A stretch of 32,000 nt of DNA from Archaeoglobus fulgidus DSM 4304 (GCF_000008665.1 NC_000917.1:660001-692000); one strand, 5' to 3'; counted from the stretch's first letter, positions 16,464 to 24,666 are shown. Numbers and translations are program-made. The notes: generated by a model from the sequence alone, not told the origin.

Positions 16464-17432
16464 ATGGAGCACGTGGTTTATGTTGTTGGACACAAGAATC
16501 CCGATACAGACAGCGTCTGTTCTGCAATTGCCTTTGCCTATCTCTGGAACAAGTGGAAAGAGGGCGGAAATGTGGCCAAGATGATGAAGATTGAGGCTGA
16601 AGCGAAACCAGTAATCCAGGGAGATGTGAATCCGGAAACGAAGTACGTTCTTGAGAAGTTTGGGTTTGAAGTGCCTGAGATTATGACGAACGGTGAGGGC
16701 AAGAAGGTTGCCCTCGTTGACCACAGCGAGAAGGCACAGACCGTCGACGGCATAGACAAGGCTGAGGTTGTTGCAATCGTTGACCACCACAAAATCGGGG
16801 ATGTTACCACCCCACAGCCAATACTCTTCGTCAACCTGCCTGTAGGGTGCACTGCAACTGTCATAAAGCTGCTGTTCGACAAGACGGGAGTTGAGATTCC
16901 AAAGGATATTGCCGGAATTCTGCTCTCCTCGATACTGAGCGATACGGTAATATTCAAGTCGGCGACAACAACCGAGCTTGACAAGGAGGTTGCAGAGGAG
17001 CTCGCGAAGATTGCAGGAATTGATGACTTGACGAAGTTCGGAGTGGAGATCAAGGCCAAGCTTTCCGCAGTTGACGATTTGACGGCCATGGACATCATAA
17101 AGAGGGACTACAAGGACTTCGACATGAGCGGGAAGAAGGTTGGTGTGGGTCAGATTGAGCTTGTTGACCTCTCGCTAATAGAAAGCAGGATTGACGAGAT
17201 TTACGAGGCAATGAAGAAGATGAAGGAGGAGGGCGGCTACGCCGGAATCTTCCTGATGCTGACCGACATAATGAAAGAGGGCACAGAGTTGCTGGTGGTT
17301 ACAGACTATCCGGAAGTTGTCGAGAAGGCCTTCGGAAAGAAGCTTGAGGGCAAGAGCGTGTGGCTGGATGGTGTGATGAGCAGGAAAAAGCAGGTTGTAC
17401 CGCCCCTCGAAAAAGCCTTCGCTGAACTCTAA
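16464..17432 (+). CDS. ppaC: Family II (Mn-dependent, DHH) inorganic pyrophosphatase
   Basis: GHKNPDTDS, VDHSE and the DHH motif VDHHKIGD are present, followed by a DHHA2-type C-terminal domain. Start at ATG 16464 (MEHVVYVV). Confidence 0.85.
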   Translation: MEHVVYVVGHKNPDTDSVCSAIAFAYLWNKWKEGGNVAKMMKIEAEAKPVIQGDVNPETKYVLEKFGFEVPEIMTNGEGKKVALVDHSEKAQTVDGIDKAEVVAIVDHHKIGDVTTPQPILFVNLPVGCTATVIKLLFDKTGVEIPKDIAGILLSSILSDTVIFKSATTTELDKEVAEELAKIAGIDDLTKFGVEIKAKLSAVDDLTAMDIIKRDYKDFDMSGKKVGVGQIELVDLSLIESRIDEIYEAMKKMKEEGGYAGIFLMLTDIMKEGTELLVVTDYPEVVEKAFGKKLEGKSVWLDGVMSRKKQVVPPLEKAFAEL

Positions 17433-17448
17433 TTTTTTATAAATTTTT
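17433..17448 (+). terminator. Oligo-T terminator after ppaC
   Basis: TTTTTTATAAATTTTT follows immediately after the TAA at 17430-17432. Confidence 0.45.
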
Positions 17449-17509
17449 GCTGGATTCATTTTATCAAGACCAAAAGGTTAAAAAAGGTTTGTGACCATTA
17501 GATATATTT

Positions 17510-18043
17510 GTGAAAGCTGAGACGACGACTGGTGTAGAGGAGCTGCTGAACGAGCTTGTTGGGAGGGCCGCTGGTGAGGTTGGTTTGATTCTCTTTTCGC
17601 TTGGCATTGAGGGTGAGTTTACCGATGACCAGCTTTCCCTTGAACTCGGAATAGAGATTAACGAGATAAGAAAGGCTCTGTTTGCGCTATACGAAATAGG
17701 TCTGGCGGACTACGTGAGGAGAAGGGACGACGAGACAGGGTGGATGGAGTACTACTGGCGGATAAACTACGACAAAGCGCTGGACGTGCTCAAAAGGGAG
17801 CTTGAGAAGACTGCAAAAAAGCTGAGGGAGAAAATAGAGGCCGAGACGAGCACCATCTACTACATTTGCCCCAACATGTGCGTCAAAGTTTCGTATAACG
17901 ATGCGATGGAGCTCAACTTCACCTGCCCACGCTGCGGGGCGATGCTTGACTACCTGGACTGCAGCAAGGCTATAGAGAAGATTGAGGAGGAAGTGAGGAG
18001 GATAGAGGAGATTCTGGAGTCTTTAGATAAAAATTCGGGTTAG
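17510..18043 (+). CDS. tfe: Transcription factor E (TFE alpha, TFIIE-alpha homologue)
   Basis: A winged-helix N-terminus (IRKALFALYEIGLADYVRRRDDETGWMEYYW) is followed by a zinc ribbon (CPNMC...CPRCG). GTG start, with an A/T-rich box about 30 nt upstream. Confidence 0.85.
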   Translation: MKAETTTGVEELLNELVGRAAGEVGLILFSLGIEGEFTDDQLSLELGIEINEIRKALFALYEIGLADYVRRRDDETGWMEYYWRINYDKALDVLKRELEKTAKKLREKIEAETSTIYYICPNMCVKVSYNDAMELNFTCPRCGAMLDYLDCSKAIEKIEEEVRRIEEILESLDKNSG

Positions 18044-18957
18044 GTGGAAAACAAAACTTGTCTGAATATAACAATAATTTCGTGAACGTTGCTAAGTTTA
18101 ATGCTTGCCATCGCATTTTCCGAGTTCGAGCATCTGCGGTAGGACGTTTTAGTATCATCCAAGGTTGTGTTAAAAACGTCTCCACTCCTCTCAAAAAACC
18201 TGCACCAAGCATCCTTGTTTTCCGTACCCCTCAAAATTACATAGGCATCGTTGAAGTCCTGCCCAAGGTTGCTGACGCTTATTAAGCTCACATTGCTGTT
18301 TCCCTCATTCAAAACAAACCTAAATCTCCCTGAGCCCCCTATGGACAGCTCACCATCCAGCAAAGGAATTGTCATTACGAGAAATCTTTTTCCTGGTGTG
18401 GAGAGGGTTGCGTTGTAGAGAATTCTCGGCTCGTATAGCAACTTTGAGTAATCCTGGTTAGAGTACTTTGAAAAAACGCTTCCCGCTTCCAGCGTTAAAA
18501 ACCAGTCCTTGTATCTGTAAACAATTTTTCCGATGGTGTGGTTAAGGGTGCACGCTGAGAAGTTGTAACCGGTGTGAGTGCAGGCAGTATAAAGCCTTCC
18601 AGTGGAGAGGTTTATGCACAATGGAACGGAATTTGGAACTCTGCCGCACGGCAAGTTTGAGGGATTCGTTTCAGTGTAGTTGACGAATGCTACAATGAAC
18701 TCCGGATCACTTTTGTCAAGAGTTAAGGTCCCTCCCTGCAGTTCTATTTCAACCGCCTGAGAAGGAACCTCTCCAAAGGAAACGGAATGGATGATGTACT
18801 GTATCTTCTTGAAGCTCTGCTCCAGACTCTGCGACATGACGCTCCTCTTCATGTCCTCCGTCATGGTGTTAACCTGAACAAAAACAATGGCAAGTACGGC
18901 CATCACAATTCCAAAGATGTACATGTAGCCCAGAATCTCCGATACGGCCTTGCTCAT
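18040..18957 (-). CDS. Class III signal peptide (archaeal type IV pilin-like) protein, gene 6 of 6
   Basis: The N-terminus is MSKA-VSEILGYMYIFGIVMAVLAIVFV. At least 7 N-X-S/T sequons and several Cys are present. An ATGA overlap joins it to the upstream gene. Confidence 0.65.
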   Translation of the reverse strand: MSKAVSEILGYMYIFGIVMAVLAIVFVQVNTMTEDMKRSVMSQSLEQSFKKIQYIIHSVSFGEVPSQAVEIELQGGTLTLDKSDPEFIVAFVNYTETNPSNLPCGRVPNSVPLCINLSTGRLYTACTHTGYNFSACTLNHTIGKIVYRYKDWFLTLEAGSVFSKYSNQDYSKLLYEPRILYNATLSTPGKRFLVMTIPLLDGELSIGGSGRFRFVLNEGNSNVSLISVSNLGQDFNDAYVILRGTENKDAWCRFFERSGDVFNTTLDDTKTSYRRCSNSENAMASIKLSNVHEIIVIFRQVLFST

Positions 18958-19742
18958 GTGACCTCAACCCTCGTGAAAATTATGCTGATGTCGCCACTGG
19001 CTTTCTTAATTTTTATCGTGTTGTCGATGCAGTCATCATCCTCGAAATCAGCGGGCTTTGACGGAACGTCGTTTAGCGCTTTTTCGAAAGATTTTTTCCA
19101 TATATCGCAGAATTCCGACTTAAGTTCAAAGGAGGTTACGTTGCTGAAAATTGTTGTGAAGTTGTGTTTGAAGTTGATAGTGATTTTTTGTCCTCCGGCA
19201 GAGTAATCTCCTATAAAGTCGTAGATTGACAGGTATAGCGTGTCGTTGGTGACTATGATGTCAGGTTCGGATATGGGAATAGGATTTACCGAGCCATACT
19301 CCTTAACGAATATTCCCGACTCGAACACGATTTCCCTTCCTGCGATTTCAATGTTAAGCGTATGCGTGTACCAGTCAACCTCTATGTCGTGAGCAGCATG
19401 AATGATTGCATTGATGTTAGGATTAGGATTTCCCTGCAACCCGGGTGGGAGTTCGGTAGTAAAAACTGTGAAATTGAAAAATCTCGCATTCGACATGCTC
19501 CCACCGTTGAGCTGAATAACTTTAGACGTTGCAACCTCACTGCCGTACTTCATTCTCTGCACAATTTCCTTGATTTCGGCCATGTTTTTTACGGCGTTCT
19601 GGTAGTTCACGTTGTCTATGGAGTTTGCTATAACTGGATGCGAGATTACGTAGATTATTCCGGCTGCGGTGACTATGACTACAACTGTAAGTAGTGCTCC
19701 CACAACTTCTGAAACGCCGTTGTTATTCAAGTGATATAGCAC
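18954..19742 (-). CDS. Class III signal peptide (archaeal type IV pilin N-terminal domain, DUF1628-like) protein, gene 5 of 6
   Basis: NNNG-VSEVVGALLTVVVIVTAAGIIYV is present. The track start is GTG 19742. TTG 19730 (MNNNGVSEVVG) has better spacing (9 nt) from a GGGAGGTG SD. Confidence 0.7.
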   Translation of the reverse strand: MLYHLNNNGVSEVVGALLTVVVIVTAAGIIYVISHPVIANSIDNVNYQNAVKNMAEIKEIVQRMKYGSEVATSKVIQLNGGSMSNARFFNFTVFTTELPPGLQGNPNPNINAIIHAAHDIEVDWYTHTLNIEIAGREIVFESGIFVKEYGSVNPIPISEPDIIVTNDTLYLSIYDFIGDYSAGGQKITINFKHNFTTIFSNVTSFELKSEFCDIWKKSFEKALNDVPSKPADFEDDDCIDNTIKIKKASGDISIIFTRVEVT

Positions 19743-22602
19743 CTCCCTCTCCCTTTCTTATTGTAACTTTGTCCCTATCGGACTGAATCAGAAGCTTGCA
19801 TTTCCCGTCAGCGGGCGTTGTGCCGGCAGGACACTGCGTGGTTTCTTGGCCAAGATAGTTGAGGGCGGTAAATTCAATGTAGGATTCGGTAGCTCCGTCA
19901 ATATTTATATCGTAGGTTCCCTCCGGCGCATCCTCTTTCACCTTCAGCTTCACAACAAGCTCAACAACCTCGTCTTTCTGTATTGACTGAAGGTCTATTT
20001 TTATTACTGTCTTGTCCGCTAAGTGCTCAACCTGTAGATTTACAGGGGTGCCCTTGTTGGACGTTGCATGTGCGCTGACGAACTCAAAAATACCACCCGT
20101 AGAAACGTTCACAGTCTCATGTATTGAGATGTTCTTTGCGGCTATCTGGAATATGTTGAAAATGGTCTTGTAGGCTTCAATAAGCTCCTCGCTGGTTGTA
20201 GCGAAGAAGTAGCACGCTTCGCCGTTGTCCGGACGGGGTGAGGCTATATCTCTAAGGAAAGCCTGCCCGTCACTGCCTATATCCGTCCCGAATCCGATTG
20301 TACAAATTGGTATATTGAAGCCATTAACCTTTATGTTTCTCTTTATATAATCTGCCACACATAATGCCTGTTGAGCACCATAATGCCCGTTATCCCTGAC
20401 ACATTTGTTTTTACAAGTGTTGTTGAAGTAGTCTTCATTTTTGTCGCATGTTGTTGTCTCACCGTCAGTCAGCAATATCATCAACGGGCGTGTGTTGTTT
20501 ATGCACTCTGTGCAGTTGTTCTGTGTTTCGTCAGGCCATATCGGAAATACTTTCACTCCCCAGTACAGGGCGTCGGCGTGGTCTGTCGCCAGTTTAGCGT
20601 ATAATCCCTCGATTTCATTGTTCACTCTGAGTTTATCCTTAGTCATATACTTGAGTGGTGTCTGATTAACTGAAATCCTCTCAGCATATGTTGTGAATGT
20701 TGCTAGACCTACGAAGTCACCCTCTCCAAGCATGTTATTGAAAGTTATTGCTGCCAATTTTGCGGCATCCATTCTTTTCATAACAACTTTTGGTTCTATG
20801 ACAATACTTTCTTTTGTCAATGGAACAATTATGATTTTATAAGTTCCCGGAGTGGGGTTTGGTACAAAAAAGTCCGAATAAAAATCGTATCCATAATTGT
20901 TCCAAGCGTAATACCACCCATAATAGTTCCCATCATAATATCTCTTCAGAACATATGTTTTCTCGGATGGTCCCACCACCCATTGGTCAAGGAGGACATT
21001 TTCTCCGTCATAGGTGAAAGAATTGTAACCACATATTCTCTCAATATATCTCCAATATCTTACTCTATCGTCTACTGTGTAATACTCGATTGTATTCCAA
21101 TCGCTCCAATACGCGTTACTCCAATACGGCGTGTGGTCCAGTCCCGTAATTGCCAACCACTTATACTCAACCAATCCCGGCAGCTCAAAGCTGATTTCCT
21201 GATAGTTCTCATAGGGAACGGTTTGATTTAGAATCTCTTCTGTAGAATTAAATTTAACGAGGATCGTTAAATTTATTTGCTTGGGGGCTCTCGCTACAAC
21301 CTCAATTGTGTAGTTACCCGGACCGACAGTGTCGGAATAGTACTTGCCCAACTTTGCTCCTTCTGAGTACTCGTTACCACTTTCCACATTATTAACATAC
21401 AATCTAACAAAAGAGGCGTCATACCCTTCACCGTACCAAGGACAGTTGGCATAACATGCCTTACAGGCATCATCTGTGTACCATTCTGGAAGTCGGTCAG
21501 TCGTGTAAGCCCAAATTTCAAGTTTCCCAGAATCAGTAAGATTTATTGTTTTCCTTACAATTTTGGGAACAACAGTTACAGTATAGTTTTTGTATATTGT
21601 AGGGTCCATCATGCTCCCGGAAACATCAACCACATGCACAGTAGAGAGGTTAATTGCCTGATTTACAAACCCTCTGCCCTCCAACCTCAGATGAACTTCA
21701 AAAGTCTCTCCCGGAGAAACGTCTTTTGGCTCGACCCACTTGTCGTAAACCAAGTAAGGGTTTGACTGCGCCGGCTGCTCAGACACAAGCAGAGATTGAG
21801 TATAGGTTCCATTACATCTTAAATTTCCGTTTTCGGTGTATTCTGGCTCATCAATCCATGCAAAGATTTCTGCCTTGCATTCGTATTCATAAGTTCCAAC
21901 TTGGTTGCAGCCAGTAATGTCATCAACTTTAATATCAAAGCTGGCTGACTTTTCAGTTCCATGTATAACCGTTCCATTCCAGAGGGTGATATTCCAAGCC
22001 ACATTTTTTGTTATTTCGTCAGAGTTATCAAAGTACACGTCCACTTCGGTGCTGCCTCCCTTCTCAATACTGCTTGGCGAGAACTTAAACCGGGGTTTGA
22101 CTTCAAAAGGACACTCCTCCTCTCTCCCATAAACAATTTCAGGTTTCTCTTCTTCACCTTCCGCCTTTGTGCTTATAAACTCACCCTGGGCGTTTATTTC
22201 AAGCTTTTCTCCGTTTGGAAGGATGAACTTGTCCAATCCAAGCCCGCTCGCAGACTCAAATTCACCCGTGGTGCTTTTTACTCTCACAAAAACGTTGCTT
22301 CCTTCCTTTTCCAACTTAACGTTGTACTCATAGTCACCAACTTCAGGTAAAATGGACACCTTCGTTTTAATGTAGCCAGAGGGCGGCCTGAGCAAAATGT
22401 AGTCTGTGTAAAAGGCAGAAATCTGGGAAGCCACATCGGCAAACTGGTTTTCAACAACCCTTGAAACCTGAGCTTCAGTGAGTGTGTCGTGGATTGATAA
22501 GCCTAAGATTACAACAAACACTCCTAGAATAGCGGTGAGTAGCAAATACTCTAAAAGTAACGAAACTCCCCTTTCATCGGGCTCAACAATCACTTCCCGC
22601 AC
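19723..22602 (-). CDS. Giant modular pilin-like protein with class III signal-anchor, beta-sandwich repeats and a vWA/MIDAS domain
   Basis: The N-terminus is EPDERG-VSLLLEYLLLTAILGVFVVILGL. MIDAS elements are VHVVDVSGSM, LATDHADAL and ILLTDGETT, with ICTIGFGTD. About 15 N-X-S/T sequons are present. Start set to GTG 22602 (GGAGGTGGAT SD 4 nt upstream) rather than the track's TTG 22632. Confidence 0.7.
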   Translation of the reverse strand: MREVIVEPDERGVSLLLEYLLLTAILGVFVVILGLSIHDTLTEAQVSRVVENQFADVASQISAFYTDYILLRPPSGYIKTKVSILPEVGDYEYNVKLEKEGSNVFVRVKSTTGEFESASGLGLDKFILPNGEKLEINAQGEFISTKAEGEEEKPEIVYGREEECPFEVKPRFKFSPSSIEKGGSTEVDVYFDNSDEITKNVAWNITLWNGTVIHGTEKSASFDIKVDDITGCNQVGTYEYECKAEIFAWIDEPEYTENGNLRCNGTYTQSLLVSEQPAQSNPYLVYDKWVEPKDVSPGETFEVHLRLEGRGFVNQAINLSTVHVVDVSGSMMDPTIYKNYTVTVVPKIVRKTINLTDSGKLEIWAYTTDRLPEWYTDDACKACYANCPWYGEGYDASFVRLYVNNVESGNEYSEGAKLGKYYSDTVGPGNYTIEVVARAPKQINLTILVKFNSTEEILNQTVPYENYQEISFELPGLVEYKWLAITGLDHTPYWSNAYWSDWNTIEYYTVDDRVRYWRYIERICGYNSFTYDGENVLLDQWVVGPSEKTYVLKRYYDGNYYGWYYAWNNYGYDFYSDFFVPNPTPGTYKIIIVPLTKESIVIEPKVVMKRMDAAKLAAITFNNMLGEGDFVGLATFTTYAERISVNQTPLKYMTKDKLRVNNEIEGLYAKLATDHADALYWGVKVFPIWPDETQNNCTECINNTRPLMILLTDGETTTCDKNEDYFNNTCKNKCVRDNGHYGAQQALCVADYIKRNIKVNGFNIPICTIGFGTDIGSDGQAFLRDIASPRPDNGEACYFFATTSEELIEAYKTIFNIFQIAAKNISIHETVNVSTGGIFEFVSAHATSNKGTPVNLQVEHLADKTVIKIDLQSIQKDEVVELVVKLKVKEDAPEGTYDINIDGATESYIEFTALNYLGQETTQCPAGTTPADGKCKLLIQSDRDKVTIRKGEGGAISLE

Positions 22603-22900
22603 AATAATCCACCTCCACGTTCTTAAACTCAACCTTATCTACCCCAACATAACAAACCCATCCATTTTTGGCGCATAGCGTCTGTATTTGCGAATTGACC
22701 TCACTGTCCCCTCCAAAGTTCTTCTGGATTTCCTCCAGATTCCTGATTTCCTCTTTAGGGAAGGCGAGCATGGCCCTTGAGCTTTCCACACCCGCAATAA
22801 TGTTCTGGGCGTAAACATAGGACAGAGTTAGAACGACAATCACAACTACGAATGCAAAGAGGAGTATCATCTGCCCCTTCTCATCCATTATGTTCTCCAT
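22583..22900 (-). CDS. Small class III signal peptide (pilin-like) protein, gene 3 of 6
   Basis: MDEKGQ-MILLFAFVVVIVVLTLSYV is followed by a Cys-rich C-terminus. A GGAGGTGA SD lies 12 nt upstream of ATG 22900. An alternative ATG at 22888 forms a TAATG overlap with the upstream stop. Confidence 0.65.
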   Translation of the reverse strand: MENIMDEKGQMILLFAFVVVIVVLTLSYVYAQNIIAGVESSRAMLAFPKEEIRNLEEIQKNFGGDSEVNSQIQTLCAKNGWVCYVGVDKVEFKNVEVDYCAGSDC

Positions 22901-23376
22901 AGCGTTAACCTCACCTCCACAACTTTGGTTGTTGGCGTGGTTAAGTTAAAGCACTCTGAATTGTTTAAATCCTGGACAACAACAAACCTGCTCACCCTAA
23001 CAGCGTCGGGCGTGGGTGTTTTGTTAAATCCGTAAAGCGCATGGCTTTCAATTTTTGAGCCATTAACCCATATCAGCTCAACCTTCCCGAAGGCATTTAG
23101 ACTATCGAGAATTTTTGACAGGTTCGCATTAAATTCGTCAGGGGCTTTGAAGCCGGATGAGCAGTTCACAATTGCCCCCTTTAAGGATGAGTTGCCACCA
23201 TCTGAGTCAAAAACTCTTAGGATGTCATATCCAAGCTGCTTTAGCTGAACGTTAGCGTAATCGCTCCAGGAGGGGGCGATGACAACGGTGCTCTGGAAGA
23301 TGGTGTAAACTGCGAGGAGAATGAGCAGTGAAGCAGCAACCCCTTCGAGCGTGAAGGTTTGCCCCCTCAAATCCAT
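22888..23376 (-). CDS. Class III signal peptide (TadE/pseudopilin-like RGQ motif) protein, gene 2 of 6
   Basis: MDLRGQ-TFTLEGVAASLLILLAVYTIF is present, with 7 N-X-S/T sequons. Start at ATG 23376, with a GGAGGTGG SD 4 nt upstream, rather than the track's 23403. Confidence 0.7.
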   Translation of the reverse strand: MDLRGQTFTLEGVAASLLILLAVYTIFQSTVVIAPSWSDYANVQLKQLGYDILRVFDSDGGNSSLKGAIVNCSSGFKAPDEFNANLSKILDSLNAFGKVELIWVNGSKIESHALYGFNKTPTPDAVRVSRFVVVQDLNNSECFNLTTPTTKVVEVRLTLWRT

Positions 23377-23939
23377 ACCGCCACCTCCAATTTGCAAACA
23401 CACCTTTCCGCGATGCTTTCACAGGGTATTGCGGTGCAGTTGTCAACGTAAACCAGCCTGTCAAACTTGATGATGTTGCCCATTTCAGGCAAATTATCCC
23501 CACCGCTTACGATTTCTGTGTCATTGAGGTACTTCAGGCTGAAGTAGAACTTATACTTAAAATTCGTAGAATTCAGTCCCAAGTAATTCCTCACAGTGTC
23601 CCTGCAGGCCGAGTTGCTTAAAAGCTCTTGTAGCTTGAATATTTTGGATGTATTGAGGTAATTGTATTCTGTTCCGTTGTTTTCGTCAAATATTGCCAAT
23701 CCGGGTCGAAATTCTTTGCTAATACAGTTGGAGGTGTCAACCGCAGTGCACCAGTCATCTGGATACCCCGGATCCTCCACAAGCAAAGCAGCAACACGAT
23801 ACGCATGACTTCCGAGGGCAATCTCATGCCTTACGTCGGCAAAAATCCCCGGCAGAAAGTTGGCTACGAATAAGAAGGTGGTGAGAAATATTGAAAGTCC
23901 TAGCAACAGGTCTAAGCTCAGTTTAGCTTGGTTGTCCAT
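23367..23939 (-). CDS. Pilin-like signal-anchor protein, gene 1 of 6
   Basis: MDNQAK-LSLDLLLGLSIFLTTFLFV is followed by a Cys-rich, sequon-rich extracellular-looking domain. The cleavage motif is less canonical than in the other five genes. Confidence 0.55.
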   Translation of the reverse strand: MDNQAKLSLDLLLGLSIFLTTFLFVANFLPGIFADVRHEIALGSHAYRVAALLVEDPGYPDDWCTAVDTSNCISKEFRPGLAIFDENNGTEYNYLNTSKIFKLQELLSNSACRDTVRNYLGLNSTNFKYKFYFSLKYLNDTEIVSGGDNLPEMGNIIKFDRLVYVDNCTAIPCESIAERCVCKLEVAVWI

Positions 23940-23964
23940 ATCATAAAAAATAGGATGTTAATCC

Positions 23965-23972
23965 ATTTAAAT
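23965..23972 (-). promoter_or_regulatory. TATA box for the six-gene pilin-like operon
   Basis: The palindromic ATTTAAAT is centred about 29 nt upstream of ATG 23939. Confidence 0.4.
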
Positions 23973-24011
23973 CTTGTGATTACCATCATCACATATCAGT
24001 GTTACCAAAAC

Positions 24012-24019
24012 TTTTAAAA
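24012..24019 (+). promoter_or_regulatory. TATA box for the rpl7ae operon
   Basis: TTTTAAAA lies about 60 nt upstream of ATG 24078. This predicts a ~35-40 nt leader containing the GATGA repeats. Confidence 0.45.
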
Positions 24020-24044
24020 CTGCACGGGGAATTAGGGAAGAGCC

Positions 24045-24076
24045 GATGAATGATGATTTGATGAAGGAGGTGATGA
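24045..24076 (+). promoter_or_regulatory. rpl7ae 5' leader with four GAUGA (box C-like) motifs flanking the SD; candidate L7Ae-binding K-turn element
   Basis: GATGA occurs at 24045, 24052, 24060 and 24072. Three copies are full TGATGA. A GGAGGTGAT SD lies at 24065-24073. CTGA (box D-like) is at 24100-24103, inside the first codons. Confidence 0.45.
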
Positions 24077-24077
24077 C

Positions 24078-24437
24078 ATGTACGTGAGATTTGAGGTTCC
24101 TGAGGACATGCAGAACGAAGCTCTGAGTCTGCTGGAGAAGGTTAGGGAGAGCGGTAAGGTAAAGAAAGGTACCAACGAGACGACAAAGGCTGTGGAGAGG
24201 GGACTGGCAAAGCTCGTTTACATCGCAGAGGATGTTGACCCGCCTGAGATCGTTGCTCATCTGCCCCTCCTCTGCGAGGAGAAGAATGTGCCGTACATTT
24301 ACGTTAAAAGCAAGAACGACCTTGGAAGGGCTGTGGGCATTGAGGTGCCATGCGCTTCGGCAGCGATAATCAACGAGGGAGAGCTGAGAAAGGAGCTTGG
24401 AAGCCTTGTGGAGAAGATTAAAGGCCTTCAGAAGTAA
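24078..24437 (+). CDS. rpl7ae: Ribosomal protein L7Ae (K-turn binding; also an sRNP and RNase P component)
   Basis: The full-length sequence is unmistakable: [50 protein letters not shown]. Confidence 0.97.
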   Translation: MYVRFEVPEDMQNEALSLLEKVRESGKVKKGTNETTKAVERGLAKLVYIAEDVDPPEIVAHLPLLCEEKNVPYIYVKSKNDLGRAVGIEVPCASAAIINEGELRKELGSLVEKIKGLQK

Positions 24438-24450
24438 ATAAGGTGATAAT

Positions 24451-24666
24451 ATGGCTGACGAGGAGGATATTCAGCCTGCTGAGGTTGTTGAGCTTGTCGG
24501 CAGGACAGGAATGCACGGAGAGGTTACTCAGGTGAAGGTCAGGGTGCTTGCTGGAGAGAACAAGGGAAGAGTCATAACCAGAAACGTCTTCGGGCCGGTC
24601 AAGGTTGGAGACATCATTATGATTAAGGAGACGGCAAGAGAGGCAAGGAAGCTTGCTGTGAGGTGA
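24451..24666 (+). CDS. rps28e: Ribosomal protein S28e
   Basis: [17 protein letters not shown]...[14 protein letters not shown] is present. An AGGTGAT SD lies upstream. Confidence 0.95.
   Translation: MADEEDIQPAEVVELVGRTGMHGEVTQVKVRVLAGENKGRVITRNVFGPVKVGDIIMIKETAREARKLAVR

Noticed and set aside
16538-17098. 186-aa Ser-rich minus-strand ORF
   Set aside because: It runs antisense to the DHH pyrophosphatase gene.
24046-24087. Upstream ATGs in the rpl7ae leader considered as alternative L7Ae starts
   Set aside because: All are out of frame with the L7Ae ORF and terminate within 3-13 codons. The [11 protein letters not shown]-terminus with its GGAGGTGAT SD is the convincing start.
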